Origin: Waterburya sp.
GTDB lineage: Bacteria > Cyanobacteriota > Cyanobacteriia > Cyanobacteriales > Xenococcaceae
Assembly: GCA_965217895.1 (NCBI GenBank)
Contig: CBDCJV010000002.1
Span: 96,001 to 160,000, forward strand
Reading direction: 5' to 3'
Length of the DNA: 64,000 bases
The notes beneath the pieces are model-generated. The model did no database searches and was not told the origin of the DNA. It saw only the letters and a program-made list of their open reading frames with translations. The translations under genes and the position numbers were made by a program. Positions 32,141 through 41,760 of this stretch are shown here, one piece after another (the stretch's first letter is position 1; every line of letters begins with the position of its first letter).

Positions 32141-32186
32141 ACTATTGAACTTAAATATAGTCAGAACCTATTAAAAACTGCGTAGA

Positions 32187-32378
32187 ATGAAAGTCAAAAA
32201 AGTCATTAAGTCTTTAGAACAGAATGGCTGGTATTTACACAAAACTAAAGGTTCACACAGACAATTCAAACACGCAACAAAAAAAGGAAAAGTTACTGTA
32301 CCTGGAAAAATGTCTGATGAATTGCCCCCTGGTACTCTTAATAATATTTGGAAACAAGCTCAAATAGAAAACAACTAA
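32187..32378 (+). CDS. hicA: HicA-family toxin (mRNA interferase)
   Basis: LEQNGW...KGSHRQFKH...VTVP...LPPGTLNNIWKQA. Confidence 0.92.
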   Translation: MKVKKVIKSLEQNGWYLHKTKGSHRQFKHATKKGKVTVPGKMSDELPPGTLNNIWKQAQIENN

Positions 32379-32381
32379 ACC

Positions 32382-32600
32382 ATGCGTTATCCTATCATCA
32401 TTGAAAAAGCGAAAAATAACTATGCAGCTTACTCTCCTGATGTTCCAGGCTGCGTTGCTACTGGTAAGACTATAGAAGAAGTTAAACAACAATATGCTGA
32501 AGCTTTAGAATTTCATTTTGAAGGTTTAAGAGAAGATAACGAACCTATTCCTCAACCAAGTACGGTGTTAGATTACATTGAGCTTCCGACTTCTGCTTAA
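32382..32600 (+). CDS. hicB: HicB-family antitoxin (short, no DNA-binding domain)
   Basis: YPIIIEK...YAAYSPDVPGCVATGKTIEE...EALEFH...EPIPQP. Confidence 0.92.
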   Translation: MRYPIIIEKAKNNYAAYSPDVPGCVATGKTIEEVKQQYAEALEFHFEGLREDNEPIPQPSTVLDYIELPTSA

Positions 32601-32615
32601 TCTTTAAATTTTATT

Positions 32616-32775
32616 GCGATCGCCATCATGATTTCAGGTATTGCAGTTTCTCTGGTTTGGAAATTGGGCTTAGGATTATCAGATGCAGTCTATGAAGTCT
32701 TTCCAGGTATGGCTGCGGGATTTATTGTTTATTTGATATTTACTATGTTTAATCAACCAAAAAAAGTCTAATTGT
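32616..32775 (+). pseudogene. Orphaned 3' end of a symporter allele (direct repeat copy 2)
   Basis: Translates AIAIMISGIAVSLVWKLGLGLSDAVYEVFPGMAAGFIVYLIFTMFNQPKKV*; starts at GCGATCGC. Confidence 0.9.
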
Positions 32776-32878
32776 CACCAAATGAATACAAAAGTTAGAT
32801 CTGCCGAGCAAAACATATTTTTTTCCTCAGTTCATACTTACAATTAAAAGTACCTGAATGATAATTGCCAAATGTAGA

Positions 32879-34438
32879 TTAATCTGGGACTTCTGATGAA
32901 TGCCTACTAATTGCTTTAGTCAAATAGTGAGCCAAAGTAGCTGCATCTACACCCAATTCCGAATATTCTTGCGCTGCCATAATTCCTGCCTGGGCGTGCC
33001 ACCAAGCAGCACCAGCCACAATATTAAATAAATTATTGCTTTTAATTTTTGTTCCTTGAGCGACTAAACCGCCAATCAAACCTGTTAAGACATCGCCACT
33101 GCCACCTCTAGCTAAAGCTGGAGTACTTGCGGGAATTAACCAAGTCAAACCATCAGGATTAGCGATCGCCGTTCTTGCTCCTTTTAAGAGTACTGTAGCC
33201 TGGCTTTGTTTGGCTGCTGTCGTTACTGCATTGAGGCGATCGCTTTCTGAATCATTAATCTCAGGAAACAAGCGTTTAAATTCTCCCGAATGGGGAGTTA
33301 AGACGGTGGGTGCATCTCTTTGAGTTAAAATTTCTATTGCTCCTTGTTCTGCTACAAAATTTAAACCGTCAGCATCTAAAACAAGAGGACATTCTGATTG
33401 CAATGCTTTTTCCACTACAGACTTAGCATCGCTGCTTAAACCAGGACCACAGGCGATCGCTGTAAACTGACTTAAATTAGCTGTAGAAAAAGGTAGAGAG
33501 GCGATCGCACCCTCTTTGTTTTCAGGACAGCTAACTACTAACGCTTCTGGTAAATGACTAATCAGTAAGTTTTTTAACGATTCTGGCACGGCTATAGACA
33601 GCATTCCCACTCCACTAGCTCTTGCTCCTAGGGAGGTTAAAATAGCTGCTCCTGTGTATTTGCGTGAGCCACAGATTAAGAGCAAATGTCCTTGACGATA
33701 TTTGTAGGTAACTAGAGGACGAGGAAGAGGTAAAAACTTGAGGGCGATCGCTTTGGTAATTTGCTTTACTGGTGCTGGTTGAGGCAAAACAGACCAGATA
33801 TGGTGCGGTAAAATCCCTAAATCAATTCTTTCACTATTGCCAAAATACTCCAAAGCTAAATCCTGAAAAAAAGCTCGTTTCCACAAACCCAGACAAAATG
33901 TGTGGCTGGCTTTAATAGCCGAGCCTAATACTGCTCCTGTATCGGTATGTATTCCCGAAGGCAGATCGATACTGACTATTGGTTTAGACCAACCATTGAC
34001 TGAGTTTAACGCTTCAATAATATTATCAGGCAGATCTCGTGTTAAACCAGAGCCAAACAAACCATCAACAATCAACTGGCATTTTTTTAAAGGTTGAATC
34101 TCCTCATGAAAATTAATGCCCAAACTGTTTGCATAGCTACAGTGTTGGGATGTCAATGTCTTTAACTTAAAAAATGGACGATAAATTTCGATTTGATATC
34201 CTGCCAAATATAGTTCGCGGGCAATTACCAAAGCATCTGCGCCGTTGTGTCCAGGTCCTACCAAAATTCCCACGATGCCAAACTTAGATTGAGGATATAA
34301 ACTATGGATTCTTTCAGCACAAAGTCTTGCCGCTTTTTCCATTAATGCAGCCACGGGCATACCAGCGTTAAAAACCTGTTCTTCTATTTGCTGCATCTGG
34401 GAAGCAGAGACGACAATGGTTTCGACAACATTTTTCAT
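32879..34438 (-). CDS. nnr: Bifunctional NAD(P)H-hydrate epimerase/dehydratase
   Basis: LMEKAA, GPGHNGAD, SIDLPSG, GPGL, LDADGL, TPHSGEF, GGSGDVLTG. Confidence 0.93.
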   Translation of the reverse strand: MKNVVETIVVSASQMQQIEEQVFNAGMPVAALMEKAARLCAERIHSLYPQSKFGIVGILVGPGHNGADALVIARELYLAGYQIEIYRPFFKLKTLTSQHCSYANSLGINFHEEIQPLKKCQLIVDGLFGSGLTRDLPDNIIEALNSVNGWSKPIVSIDLPSGIHTDTGAVLGSAIKASHTFCLGLWKRAFFQDLALEYFGNSERIDLGILPHHIWSVLPQPAPVKQITKAIALKFLPLPRPLVTYKYRQGHLLLICGSRKYTGAAILTSLGARASGVGMLSIAVPESLKNLLISHLPEALVVSCPENKEGAIASLPFSTANLSQFTAIACGPGLSSDAKSVVEKALQSECPLVLDADGLNFVAEQGAIEILTQRDAPTVLTPHSGEFKRLFPEINDSESDRLNAVTTAAKQSQATVLLKGARTAIANPDGLTWLIPASTPALARGGSGDVLTGLIGGLVAQGTKIKSNNLFNIVAGAAWWHAQAGIMAAQEYSELGVDAATLAHYLTKAISRHSSEVPD

Positions 34439-34597
34439 AGCTATCTAATCGGCACTATAGAACTTGCAAGGTATATCATCAGGTTATACCAATATCAGCT
34501 TATGACAATTATTAAAATAAGGCGTTGCTTATTTTAAACATGAATTTGCTTATAATACTTCTCGTAGCTATCAGCTATGAGCTATTAGCTTTTAGTA

Positions 34598-34659
34598 GTA
34601 GGGTGGGCAAATTCTTACAAATTGGATAGTAGTATTTAATAAAATAATTTTTGCCCACC
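34598..34659. repeat. GTAG-type REP-like inverted repeat preceded by AGCTATN heptamers
   Basis: GTAGGGTGGGCAAA ... TTTGCCCACC. Confidence 0.7.
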
Positions 34660-34738
34660 GATTTAAGACGCTTGGACAGTCAAGACTAAAAATTTGCGAC
34701 AATTATTTATATAACTGGTCTGTTTATCAACAAAAATT

Positions 34739-35413
34739 ATGTCTGCAAAGGATTTCAACATCGATATCGCTACCTACATCGATCATACGCTGCTCAAGCC
34801 TAGTGCTATTCCTGATGAGGTCAAGCAGGTTTGTCAAGAAGCCTGGCAATATAATTTTCCCTCGGTGTGTATTTATCCCATAGCGGTAAGACAGGCAAAA
34901 GAACTATTACACGATAAAAAACCTCAAGTATGTACGGTAATTGGTTTTCCAACTGGTGCTACTTCGACCGCAACCAAGCTCTATGAAGCACAAGAAGCGG
35001 TAGAAAGTGGTGCAACCGAACTAGATGTAGTAATTAACCTTGGCTGGCTAAAATCAGGAGAATCAAGCAGGGTGTACGATGAAATAGCCGAAATATGTTC
35101 CGAAACTGGTCAAGTCGTCAAAGCAATCTTAGAAACTACCGTTTTGTCTAACGCAGAAAAAAGACTAGCAGGAAAAATATGTATGGATGCGGGGGCAGCA
35201 TACCTCAAGACTAGTACAGGCTGGTTTGGTGGCGCAACGGTTGAAGATGTAGAAATACTCAAGCAAATTACCAGAGGAGAAGTGGGTATCAAAGCATCAG
35301 GAGGAATTCGTACCTACGAACAGGCGATCGCTTTAATCCACGCTGGAGCAACTCGCCTGGGTACATCTCGCGGTATAGATTTAATCCGCCAACAAAATGA
35401 ATCTGCTAAATAA
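34739..35413 (+). CDS. deoC: Deoxyribose-phosphate aldolase
   Basis: [47 protein letters not shown]. Confidence 0.96.
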   Translation: MSAKDFNIDIATYIDHTLLKPSAIPDEVKQVCQEAWQYNFPSVCIYPIAVRQAKELLHDKKPQVCTVIGFPTGATSTATKLYEAQEAVESGATELDVVINLGWLKSGESSRVYDEIAEICSETGQVVKAILETTVLSNAEKRLAGKICMDAGAAYLKTSTGWFGGATVEDVEILKQITRGEVGIKASGGIRTYEQAIALIHAGATRLGTSRGIDLIRQQNESAK

Positions 35414-35617
35414 TTACTGATCACTAATTACTTGTACTGTCACTAAATAAATTAAACTGATGACACCAAATGAAATTGTTTGTTCCAGTAAGATTGTCAT
35501 AATTTTTTCAATAGACCTGTCTTGAAAATAGACAATTAAGCTAAAGTTCAAAAACTTAGTTCATGGGAGTCCTCTTTTGTCACTTAAGATAGAGATTCGT
35601 CTTTAGATTTTGCAGCA

Positions 35618-36538
35618 CTACTGCAGATTGTGAGTTGTCATTAACTGAGTGCCAATATAAGTGGCTGTTACGATTAAGGTTCCTCCTATAATTGCCTGGA
35701 GTGACAACTGTTCACCCAGCAACAAAATTGCAAAAATTGCTCCAAAGACTGGCTCTGTTCCCATAAGCAAGCTGACACGGGTCGGCGTGGTCTTACGAAC
35801 CATGTGAGTCTGGATGTAAAATGGAAACAACGTACACATCACACATAAGTAAAGCGTTGCTATCCAGAATGCTGACTCAGTTGGAAAATTAAAAGAGCTT
35901 GGTTCAAATAGCAGTAAAACTAAGCCCGTCAGAACCGCAACAGTAGCAAGCTGTACAACTGTTAAAGCTCCTGAGTTCAAAGGTTTACCTTGTGTGATCT
36001 TTTTAGTAGCAGTCACCATGCAAGCACGAAGCACAGCGGCTGATAGCATCAACCAGTCGCCAACGTTAAACTGATAACCACCTTGTAATGCAAGCATTCC
36101 AGCACCAATGCAGGATAGTCCCGTAGCAGCTAGTATTCCCCATCCAGGAAATCGACGGAAGGTTAGTCCCTCGACTATAGGAGTAAAAACGACGCATAGA
36201 CTAATAAGAAAAGCCGCATTGCTTGCACTAGTATTTGCTATATCAGCTGTCTCACAGATAAAAATAAGAAACAAAATAACGCCAAGAGGCATACCTGTTT
36301 TAATAACAGCCATAGGCTGAACTGTTATCTGACTCCAAGAGCTAGGAATCATAATGAGAGTAGTCACACAAAAGCGGACAAATAGAAATGCCAGAACAGG
36401 CATATAAAGTAACGCCGTCTTGGCAACGCTATAGCTGGAACCCCAGACGATTGCAACGAACAACAAGCTCAGATCCGCAAACTCACTTCTTCCTAAAAGC
36501 TTTTTCTGTGCTTGCCGAAAGATTTTTATATTAAACAT
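35618..36538 (-). CDS. DMT/EamA-family exporter
   Basis: VWGSSY, SASNAAFLISL, GDWLML, EPVFGAIFA...GG.LI; about 10 TM helices. Confidence 0.9.
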   Translation of the reverse strand: MFNIKIFRQAQKKLLGRSEFADLSLLFVAIVWGSSYSVAKTALLYMPVLAFLFVRFCVTTLIMIPSSWSQITVQPMAVIKTGMPLGVILFLIFICETADIANTSASNAAFLISLCVVFTPIVEGLTFRRFPGWGILAATGLSCIGAGMLALQGGYQFNVGDWLMLSAAVLRACMVTATKKITQGKPLNSGALTVVQLATVAVLTGLVLLLFEPSSFNFPTESAFWIATLYLCVMCTLFPFYIQTHMVRKTTPTRVSLLMGTEPVFGAIFAILLLGEQLSLQAIIGGTLIVTATYIGTQLMTTHNLQ

Positions 36539-36696
36539 AAAGATTTCTAAGGTTTGGTGTTCTAATTAACCTCGTTCCTCATACCCCAATCCCGCTACAA
36601 AGCTACCGAAAATTAAATGCTGGGAATTCAACAACAATCAATACTTGAGTTAGGTCATCATAGAATGGAATAGGAGTATCAAACGTACTGACTCAT

Positions 36697-37443
36697 CTAA
36701 AGACGAGCAAACGCAATGACGAGTACGTCACGATGTCCCGCGACATTAGGCTTTGACCTCTCAATTGGGGTAACAATATGCCTAGTTCTTACATCGTCTT
36801 CTATGACGATATCAAGTGGTTCTAACAGCTGCCTTTGCCACAGTACCTTGCCTGATTCATCTGTAATAGTAGTTTCACCACCAACAACATTGTGTCTATT
36901 AATCATCAGTGTCAAAATATAGTCCACGCCGTCTCGATGCAAGCCCTCTGGAGTTGGGCAACCCACCTCTCCTTCCATAGCAAGGATACGATAGGGATGT
37001 AGTTTTATATCCCAGTCTTCTCCTAAATCTATCAGGAGATTGAATGTACTAGCACACCAAGTTAGTAGACCTCTCAAGAACTCATGGTTGATGAAGGTTG
37101 ATTCAAGTGGCTCATAATTTCGTTTAATGCCCCCATTGAGCTTATTGACAGTACTCGGCTGGGAGTAGGACTGATGCGGTTGGAGTTCCAGTCTTTTCTC
37201 TTCTGATATGTATCGAAAACTACCATATCGACGATAGCGATATACACCATTATCGCCCATGTAATTATCAAGCTCAAGGCGGTTCCAGCAATCCGAAAAC
37301 GCTTGCCAGTCTTCACTTCTATAGAAAGGTAGCCTGCTCAGTTTCCCCCCTGAACAAAACCAGTAATTGAACTGGGAGAGTGATTCTTCTAGTTCGTGGC
37401 TCAAAGCATTTTTTTGTTGTGGATAATTAACCGTTGTTTTCAT
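36697..37443 (-). CDS. Fe(II)/2OG dioxygenase (2OG-Fe_Oxy_2/BsmA-like family)
   Basis: YRYRRY, NKLNGGIKR, PTPEGLHRDGVD (HxD), distal H in RHIVTPI, RDVLV; start overlaps the upstream stop codon. Confidence 0.85.
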   Translation of the reverse strand: MKTTVNYPQQKNALSHELEESLSQFNYWFCSGGKLSRLPFYRSEDWQAFSDCWNRLELDNYMGDNGVYRYRRYGSFRYISEEKRLELQPHQSYSQPSTVNKLNGGIKRNYEPLESTFINHEFLRGLLTWCASTFNLLIDLGEDWDIKLHPYRILAMEGEVGCPTPEGLHRDGVDYILTLMINRHNVVGGETTITDESGKVLWQRQLLEPLDIVIEDDVRTRHIVTPIERSKPNVAGHRDVLVIAFARL

Positions 37444-38811
37444 CGACTTACCCCACTCAGTTCACTAGTAGTTGTTACTTCCGTTTCTTGAGCGGAAGCA
37501 ATACTACGTCTGCTACGAACGAATGCGATATCTTTCTCCCAACTATCTCTATCTCTTATATATAGGGGACTATCTGCTTTGATCGAGCAAACATATGCTC
37601 CTCGAAGGTTAAGCTGATATGTAATCGTGCCACTAATCCTTTCCGATGTACTCGCAACAAACGACTCAGATGCCTTCTTAAGCTCGCCAAACCATCTTCC
37701 TTCAATAGCTTCCATCGTCCATGTCTGCTCAATTATCATCTTTTGCTTGATGACATCTGCATCCAATATGGCTGTTTCTAAATAACGATATGCCTCAATG
37801 ACGATATGCCTCTAATAGCAGAAAAGCAGCAGGCATCTCTCGGACTTCAAGCACCTTTTCACCTTGATCTAGATGCTCCAGCCCAGAATAGCGGCCTATG
37901 CCATATCGACCAGCTACGGTATTGAGTTGCTCAATAATATTAATGACGGGCAGTGCCTGTTTATTTATATGTGTCGGAACACCCTTGTCGAAACGAATTG
38001 ATAGCTCGATTGAAGGAGCTGATGAATCTGGAACACTCCACCTATATAGCGAAGCTGGAGCATAAAATGTCTCGGGGTCGTCAAAAGAACCAGATTCAAA
38101 CTCACGACACCAAAGATTTGAGTCTCCGCTGTGGGATCTTTCTTCAAACTCTTTTAAACCGACTGCTCGAAGAACTTCTGCTTTCTCTTTACGAGTGAGT
38201 GCAGTGAACTCATAAGGAGAGCCGTAATAGCCATCAAACCCCAACTGTTCAATAGCTCCATTTAGTCGTCTCAAACTATTCTGAGACTGATTTGCTGTGT
38301 GCAGGATGGCTCTGCAATCTATCGTTTTAGCTAGACGCACTGCCTCTCTTGCTATAATAGGACGACTCAGAGATGCACTAATCGGATGAACTCCCAGATA
38401 TTTAGATTGTGCAGCGATTGCAGGAAGAATAGCCTCTTTCGCAAATAATTCTTTTCGATCCAAAGAAACTAAGCGAACTTGAAACTGATCAGCAACCCTT
38501 TTTATGTGTTCGTGGTCAACATCATCTCCAAGATCTACCGTAAGAGCAATGACATTCGTATTCTTTTGTTTGTGAAGCAAATAAAGCAAATAGGTACTAT
38601 CTAGCCCTCCGCTGAACAGCGTGATAATAGCTCCCTCTTGTTCTTCTGACAAAATAGTCAGGTCTTCTACACTCCGAATTCTTTTCAACGTTTGCATACT
38701 TTTCTTTAAATGACTGGGATACGAGTTATAAATATTAAAAAAGCCAGCGAAGGATTCTTGACTATTATTGAATCTTTCTAATTGCTGAAAGCCGAGAAAT
38801 GTCGCGTTCAT
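37440..38811 (-). pseudogene. Argininosuccinate-synthase-like adenylating enzyme split by a frameshift (ORFs 37795-38811 and 37440-37766); likely start ATG at 38697
   Basis: PP-loop LFSGGLDS, ASLSRPIIA, DSNLWCREFESG, GRYGIGR, EMPAA. A 16-bp tandem duplication at 37781-37812 creates the stop; removing one copy restores EAYR(Y/H)LETAILDADVIKQK. Confidence 0.85.
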
Positions 38812-39493
38812 CTAACTTAAGCTTTTTGCATTTATTACTAAATGTCACTATATAACAAAATATACAGAATATGTTTATCCTCTATCTTTAATTAAATCCA
38901 GACATGAATTGGTAATTTATAACACATAAATAGGGTATACATAGTAAAATTGTAATAATCACAATTATGTTTTGAATGCTTACTCTATATATATTAATCG
39001 ACAGTAATTAAAAAATTACTAATCGTATTAAATCTTGCTCTTTTTAACTATTTTATGCAAAATTGCCAATCTGAATTAGGTAAAATATGTATACTAAATT
39101 ACTTTAATTTTAAAAGTTGATAATATGAACTTATACTCTTTCTAATTGATTTTCTAATAAGTATTATATGAGTAATGAATCAAGCTATTTGCTTCTGTGC
39201 CAGAGTTGTTGTTGAGTATAATGACTATATTTTTCTGTATGACATATTGTCGTAATTTAAAAATGTAATCATAATTACATTTAAAATAATAATGAGTATT
39301 GGGTTGTTTTGTTGTTTTATTTCTTGGAAAATATTTTATTTATAGCGAACCGTGAGATGTAAATTTTCGTTGACAAACAGAGTATAAATATTCATAAATG
39401 CGATCGCAGCTCAGAGCTATTTCATTCTAAAAACTGTTACTAAATAAACTAAACCGATGACACCAAATGAAATTGTTTGTTGTAGCAAAATTG

Positions 39494-39540
39494 TCGAGTT
39501 GTCTTTGATTGTGTTCACGATTCAATCAAAGACAACTCGA
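39494..39540. terminator. Perfect 18-bp stem hairpin downstream of the RTX-like gene
   Basis: TCGAGTTGTCTTTGATTG / CAATCAAAGACAACTCGA. Confidence 0.7.
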
Positions 39541-39543
39541 TAA

Positions 39544-40455
39544 TTAGATGTAAGCTAGCTCGATTGTGCTGAGTGCTACAGCAATAATATCCGAACCATT
39601 AGCAATTACCGTATCGGAAATGCCGTCATTGTTAAAATCAGATACAGAGAGACTATAGTCGATTTCTGAAATTTGAATAGCATCTCCCTCAATTATAGAA
39701 AAGTCTTGAATCGTAGCATAATCGGTTCCCAAATAATTACTGTCTAATAAGAAAACGTCACTGCCATCTTCACCCCAGAGAATGTCGTTGCCACCTTCAC
39801 CCCAGAGAATGTCGTTGCCAGTACCGCCGACTAAATAATCGTCTCCAAGAGAGTCGTAGCCGTTACCATCACCACCGATTAAAATGTCGTTGCCACCTTC
39901 ACCCCACAAAGTGTCGTCGCCGATACCGCCGGTTAAATAATCGTCCCCAAGAGAATTATCCTCCGTGCCATTACCTCCGAGCAAAATGTCATTACCACCT
40001 TCGCCACTAAGAGTATCATTACCATCCCCACCCCATAAGGAGTCGTTTCCAAGATAGTCGTAGCCGTCACCATCACCACCAAAAATAAGGTCGTTACCGG
40101 TTTGCCCCATCAGGGAATCGCTGTCATAACCACCGACCAAAGAATCATTACCCCCTTCACCCCACAAACTGTCGTTGCCAGTATCGCCGATTAAATAATC
40201 GTCCCCAAGAGAATTATCTTCCGTGCCATTGTCCCCGACTAAAATGTCATTACCACCTTCACCACTAAGAGTATCATTACCATCCCCACCCCATAAGGAG
40301 TCGTTTCCAAGATCGTAGCCGTAACCATCACCACCAAAAAGAAAGTCGTTGCCTGCTTGACCTAATAAGATATCGTTGTCGCTGTAACCATAAACAGTAT
40401 CATTTTCAGTTCCGCCTACTAAATAATCAGCGTTTTGAGTACCATTTAGTAACAT
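39544..40455 (-). CDS. Calcium-binding protein with RTX/hemolysin-type GGxGxD nonapeptide repeats
   Basis: Many GGDGNDTL / GEGGNDIL repeats; internal ~86-aa duplication; C-terminal GSDVF...TIQDF. Confidence 0.9.
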   Translation of the reverse strand: MLLNGTQNADYLVGGTENDTVYGYSDNDILLGQAGNDFLFGGDGYGYDLGNDSLWGGDGNDTLSGEGGNDILVGDNGTEDNSLGDDYLIGDTGNDSLWGEGGNDSLVGGYDSDSLMGQTGNDLIFGGDGDGYDYLGNDSLWGGDGNDTLSGEGGNDILLGGNGTEDNSLGDDYLTGGIGDDTLWGEGGNDILIGGDGNGYDSLGDDYLVGGTGNDILWGEGGNDILWGEDGSDVFLLDSNYLGTDYATIQDFSIIEGDAIQISEIDYSLSVSDFNNDGISDTVIANGSDIIAVALSTIELAYI

Positions 40456-40874
40456 TTCAACTTCTCCATTTTATTTGTTAATATCCTGGAATATAAATAT
40501 ACTTCAAAAAGCCAATGGTTTAATATTAATTTTTTATAAATAATTAAGAGAGTTGTGTTTTTATTAAATTTTTTCTTTTGCAAATAAATTATCGATTGAA
40601 ACCTAATAAGAAAAGTATCAATTTTTGAAAAACTCTTGTTTTTCTGCTTGATTGTTTACCTTTTATCTAGCGTCAGTTGAAGAAATAATATTTGTCGAAA
40701 TGGAATTTTTTCTTGTACCGCTATCTATCTTTTCCTGTTTTATTTTCTAAAATTGAGTTTGAGAAGATTTAGGAAATCAACCTGTTTTTTTAATTACTAA
40801 TTAATATAATTTAGTTAAAAGCTAAGAGCTAAAACAGTTGAACTTCAGCGAAGCCAATTCACTTTAGGCATAAA

Positions 40875-41738
40875 ATGAATCAAAAATATAAAGCCACGGG
40901 AATTATCTTGAAAGGTTCGTCCATCAAAGAAAACGATCGCCTGGTGACAGTGTTAACGCCAGAGTATGGTTTAATTCGGGCTGTTGCTCCTGGGGCAAAA
41001 AAGCTAAAATCTAGCTTAAGAGGCAGAACAGAGCTATTTGTAGTTAATGAACTATTGATTATTAAAGGGCGATCGCTTGATAAAATTATTCAGGCTGATA
41101 CTCAGTATACTTATCCTGGTTTGAGTCGAGATATTGGCAAGCTGGCTGCTGCTCAATATTTGGCAGAGCTAACTATATTTTTGGCAGTGGATGAACAACC
41201 TCAACCAGAACTATACGAATTATTAAATGAACATTTACGACGACTAGAGAAGTTCCCAATCGGTGAATCAGTTTATCCTTATTTAGCTCAAGGAGTATTT
41301 CATTTAATTGCGATCGCTGGTTTAAGTCCCCAAGTATTTGACTGCTGTTTGACACAACGACTTATTACTCCCGATTTAGATTCTGCTCAATGGCGGATAG
41401 GCTTTAGTTTTGAAGCTGGGGGAATTGTCGATTTAAGGGCATTGAAATTAGGACAAAATAAAAAAACAAATGAACATGATGATGAGTCAGAAAATTACAC
41501 TAGTCGTCTGCCCAAAATAGACCACCGAGTAAATAGTTTAGAGTTATCTTTGTTACAGCAGCTTAATCATCACCAACTACCTCCCGCAGCAAAATTTACT
41601 GCCGAGCAATTAAATAATTTTGATTTGCATACAGCATGGATCAGAGTTGAAAAAATTCTGCGAGAATATATTCAATACCATATTGGTAGAACTATTCGTT
41701 CGGCTAATCTAGTAGATAACTTATACGTAGAGTTCTAA
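40875..41738 (+). CDS. recO: DNA repair protein RecO
   Basis: ATGIILK...ENDRLVTVLTPEYGLIRAVAPGA...GRTELF; AQYLAE; context deoC-recO-MFS-GT4. Confidence 0.9.
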   Translation: MNQKYKATGIILKGSSIKENDRLVTVLTPEYGLIRAVAPGAKKLKSSLRGRTELFVVNELLIIKGRSLDKIIQADTQYTYPGLSRDIGKLAAAQYLAELTIFLAVDEQPQPELYELLNEHLRRLEKFPIGESVYPYLAQGVFHLIAIAGLSPQVFDCCLTQRLITPDLDSAQWRIGFSFEAGGIVDLRALKLGQNKKTNEHDDESENYTSRLPKIDHRVNSLELSLLQQLNHHQLPPAAKFTAEQLNNFDLHTAWIRVEKILREYIQYHIGRTIRSANLVDNLYVEF

Positions 41739-41760
41739 AACAAACTTAGCACTACTCACA

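Larger units (their letters stand above)
35436..39495. mobile_element. Putative genomic islet bounded by 63-bp imperfect direct repeats (35436-35498 and 39433-39495)
   Basis: Identical 26-bp core GATGACACCAAATGAAATTGTTTGTT, 7 mismatches over 63 bp; no HIP1 seen across the internal genes. Confidence 0.75.

Noticed and set aside
32773..32786. CACCAAATGAA shared with the islet direct-repeat core
   Set aside because: An 11-bp AT-rich match is plausible by chance.
37440..38811. Housekeeping argG
   Set aside because: The aspartate-binding loop is divergent, the gene is frameshifted, and it lies in an islet with a dioxygenase and an exporter.
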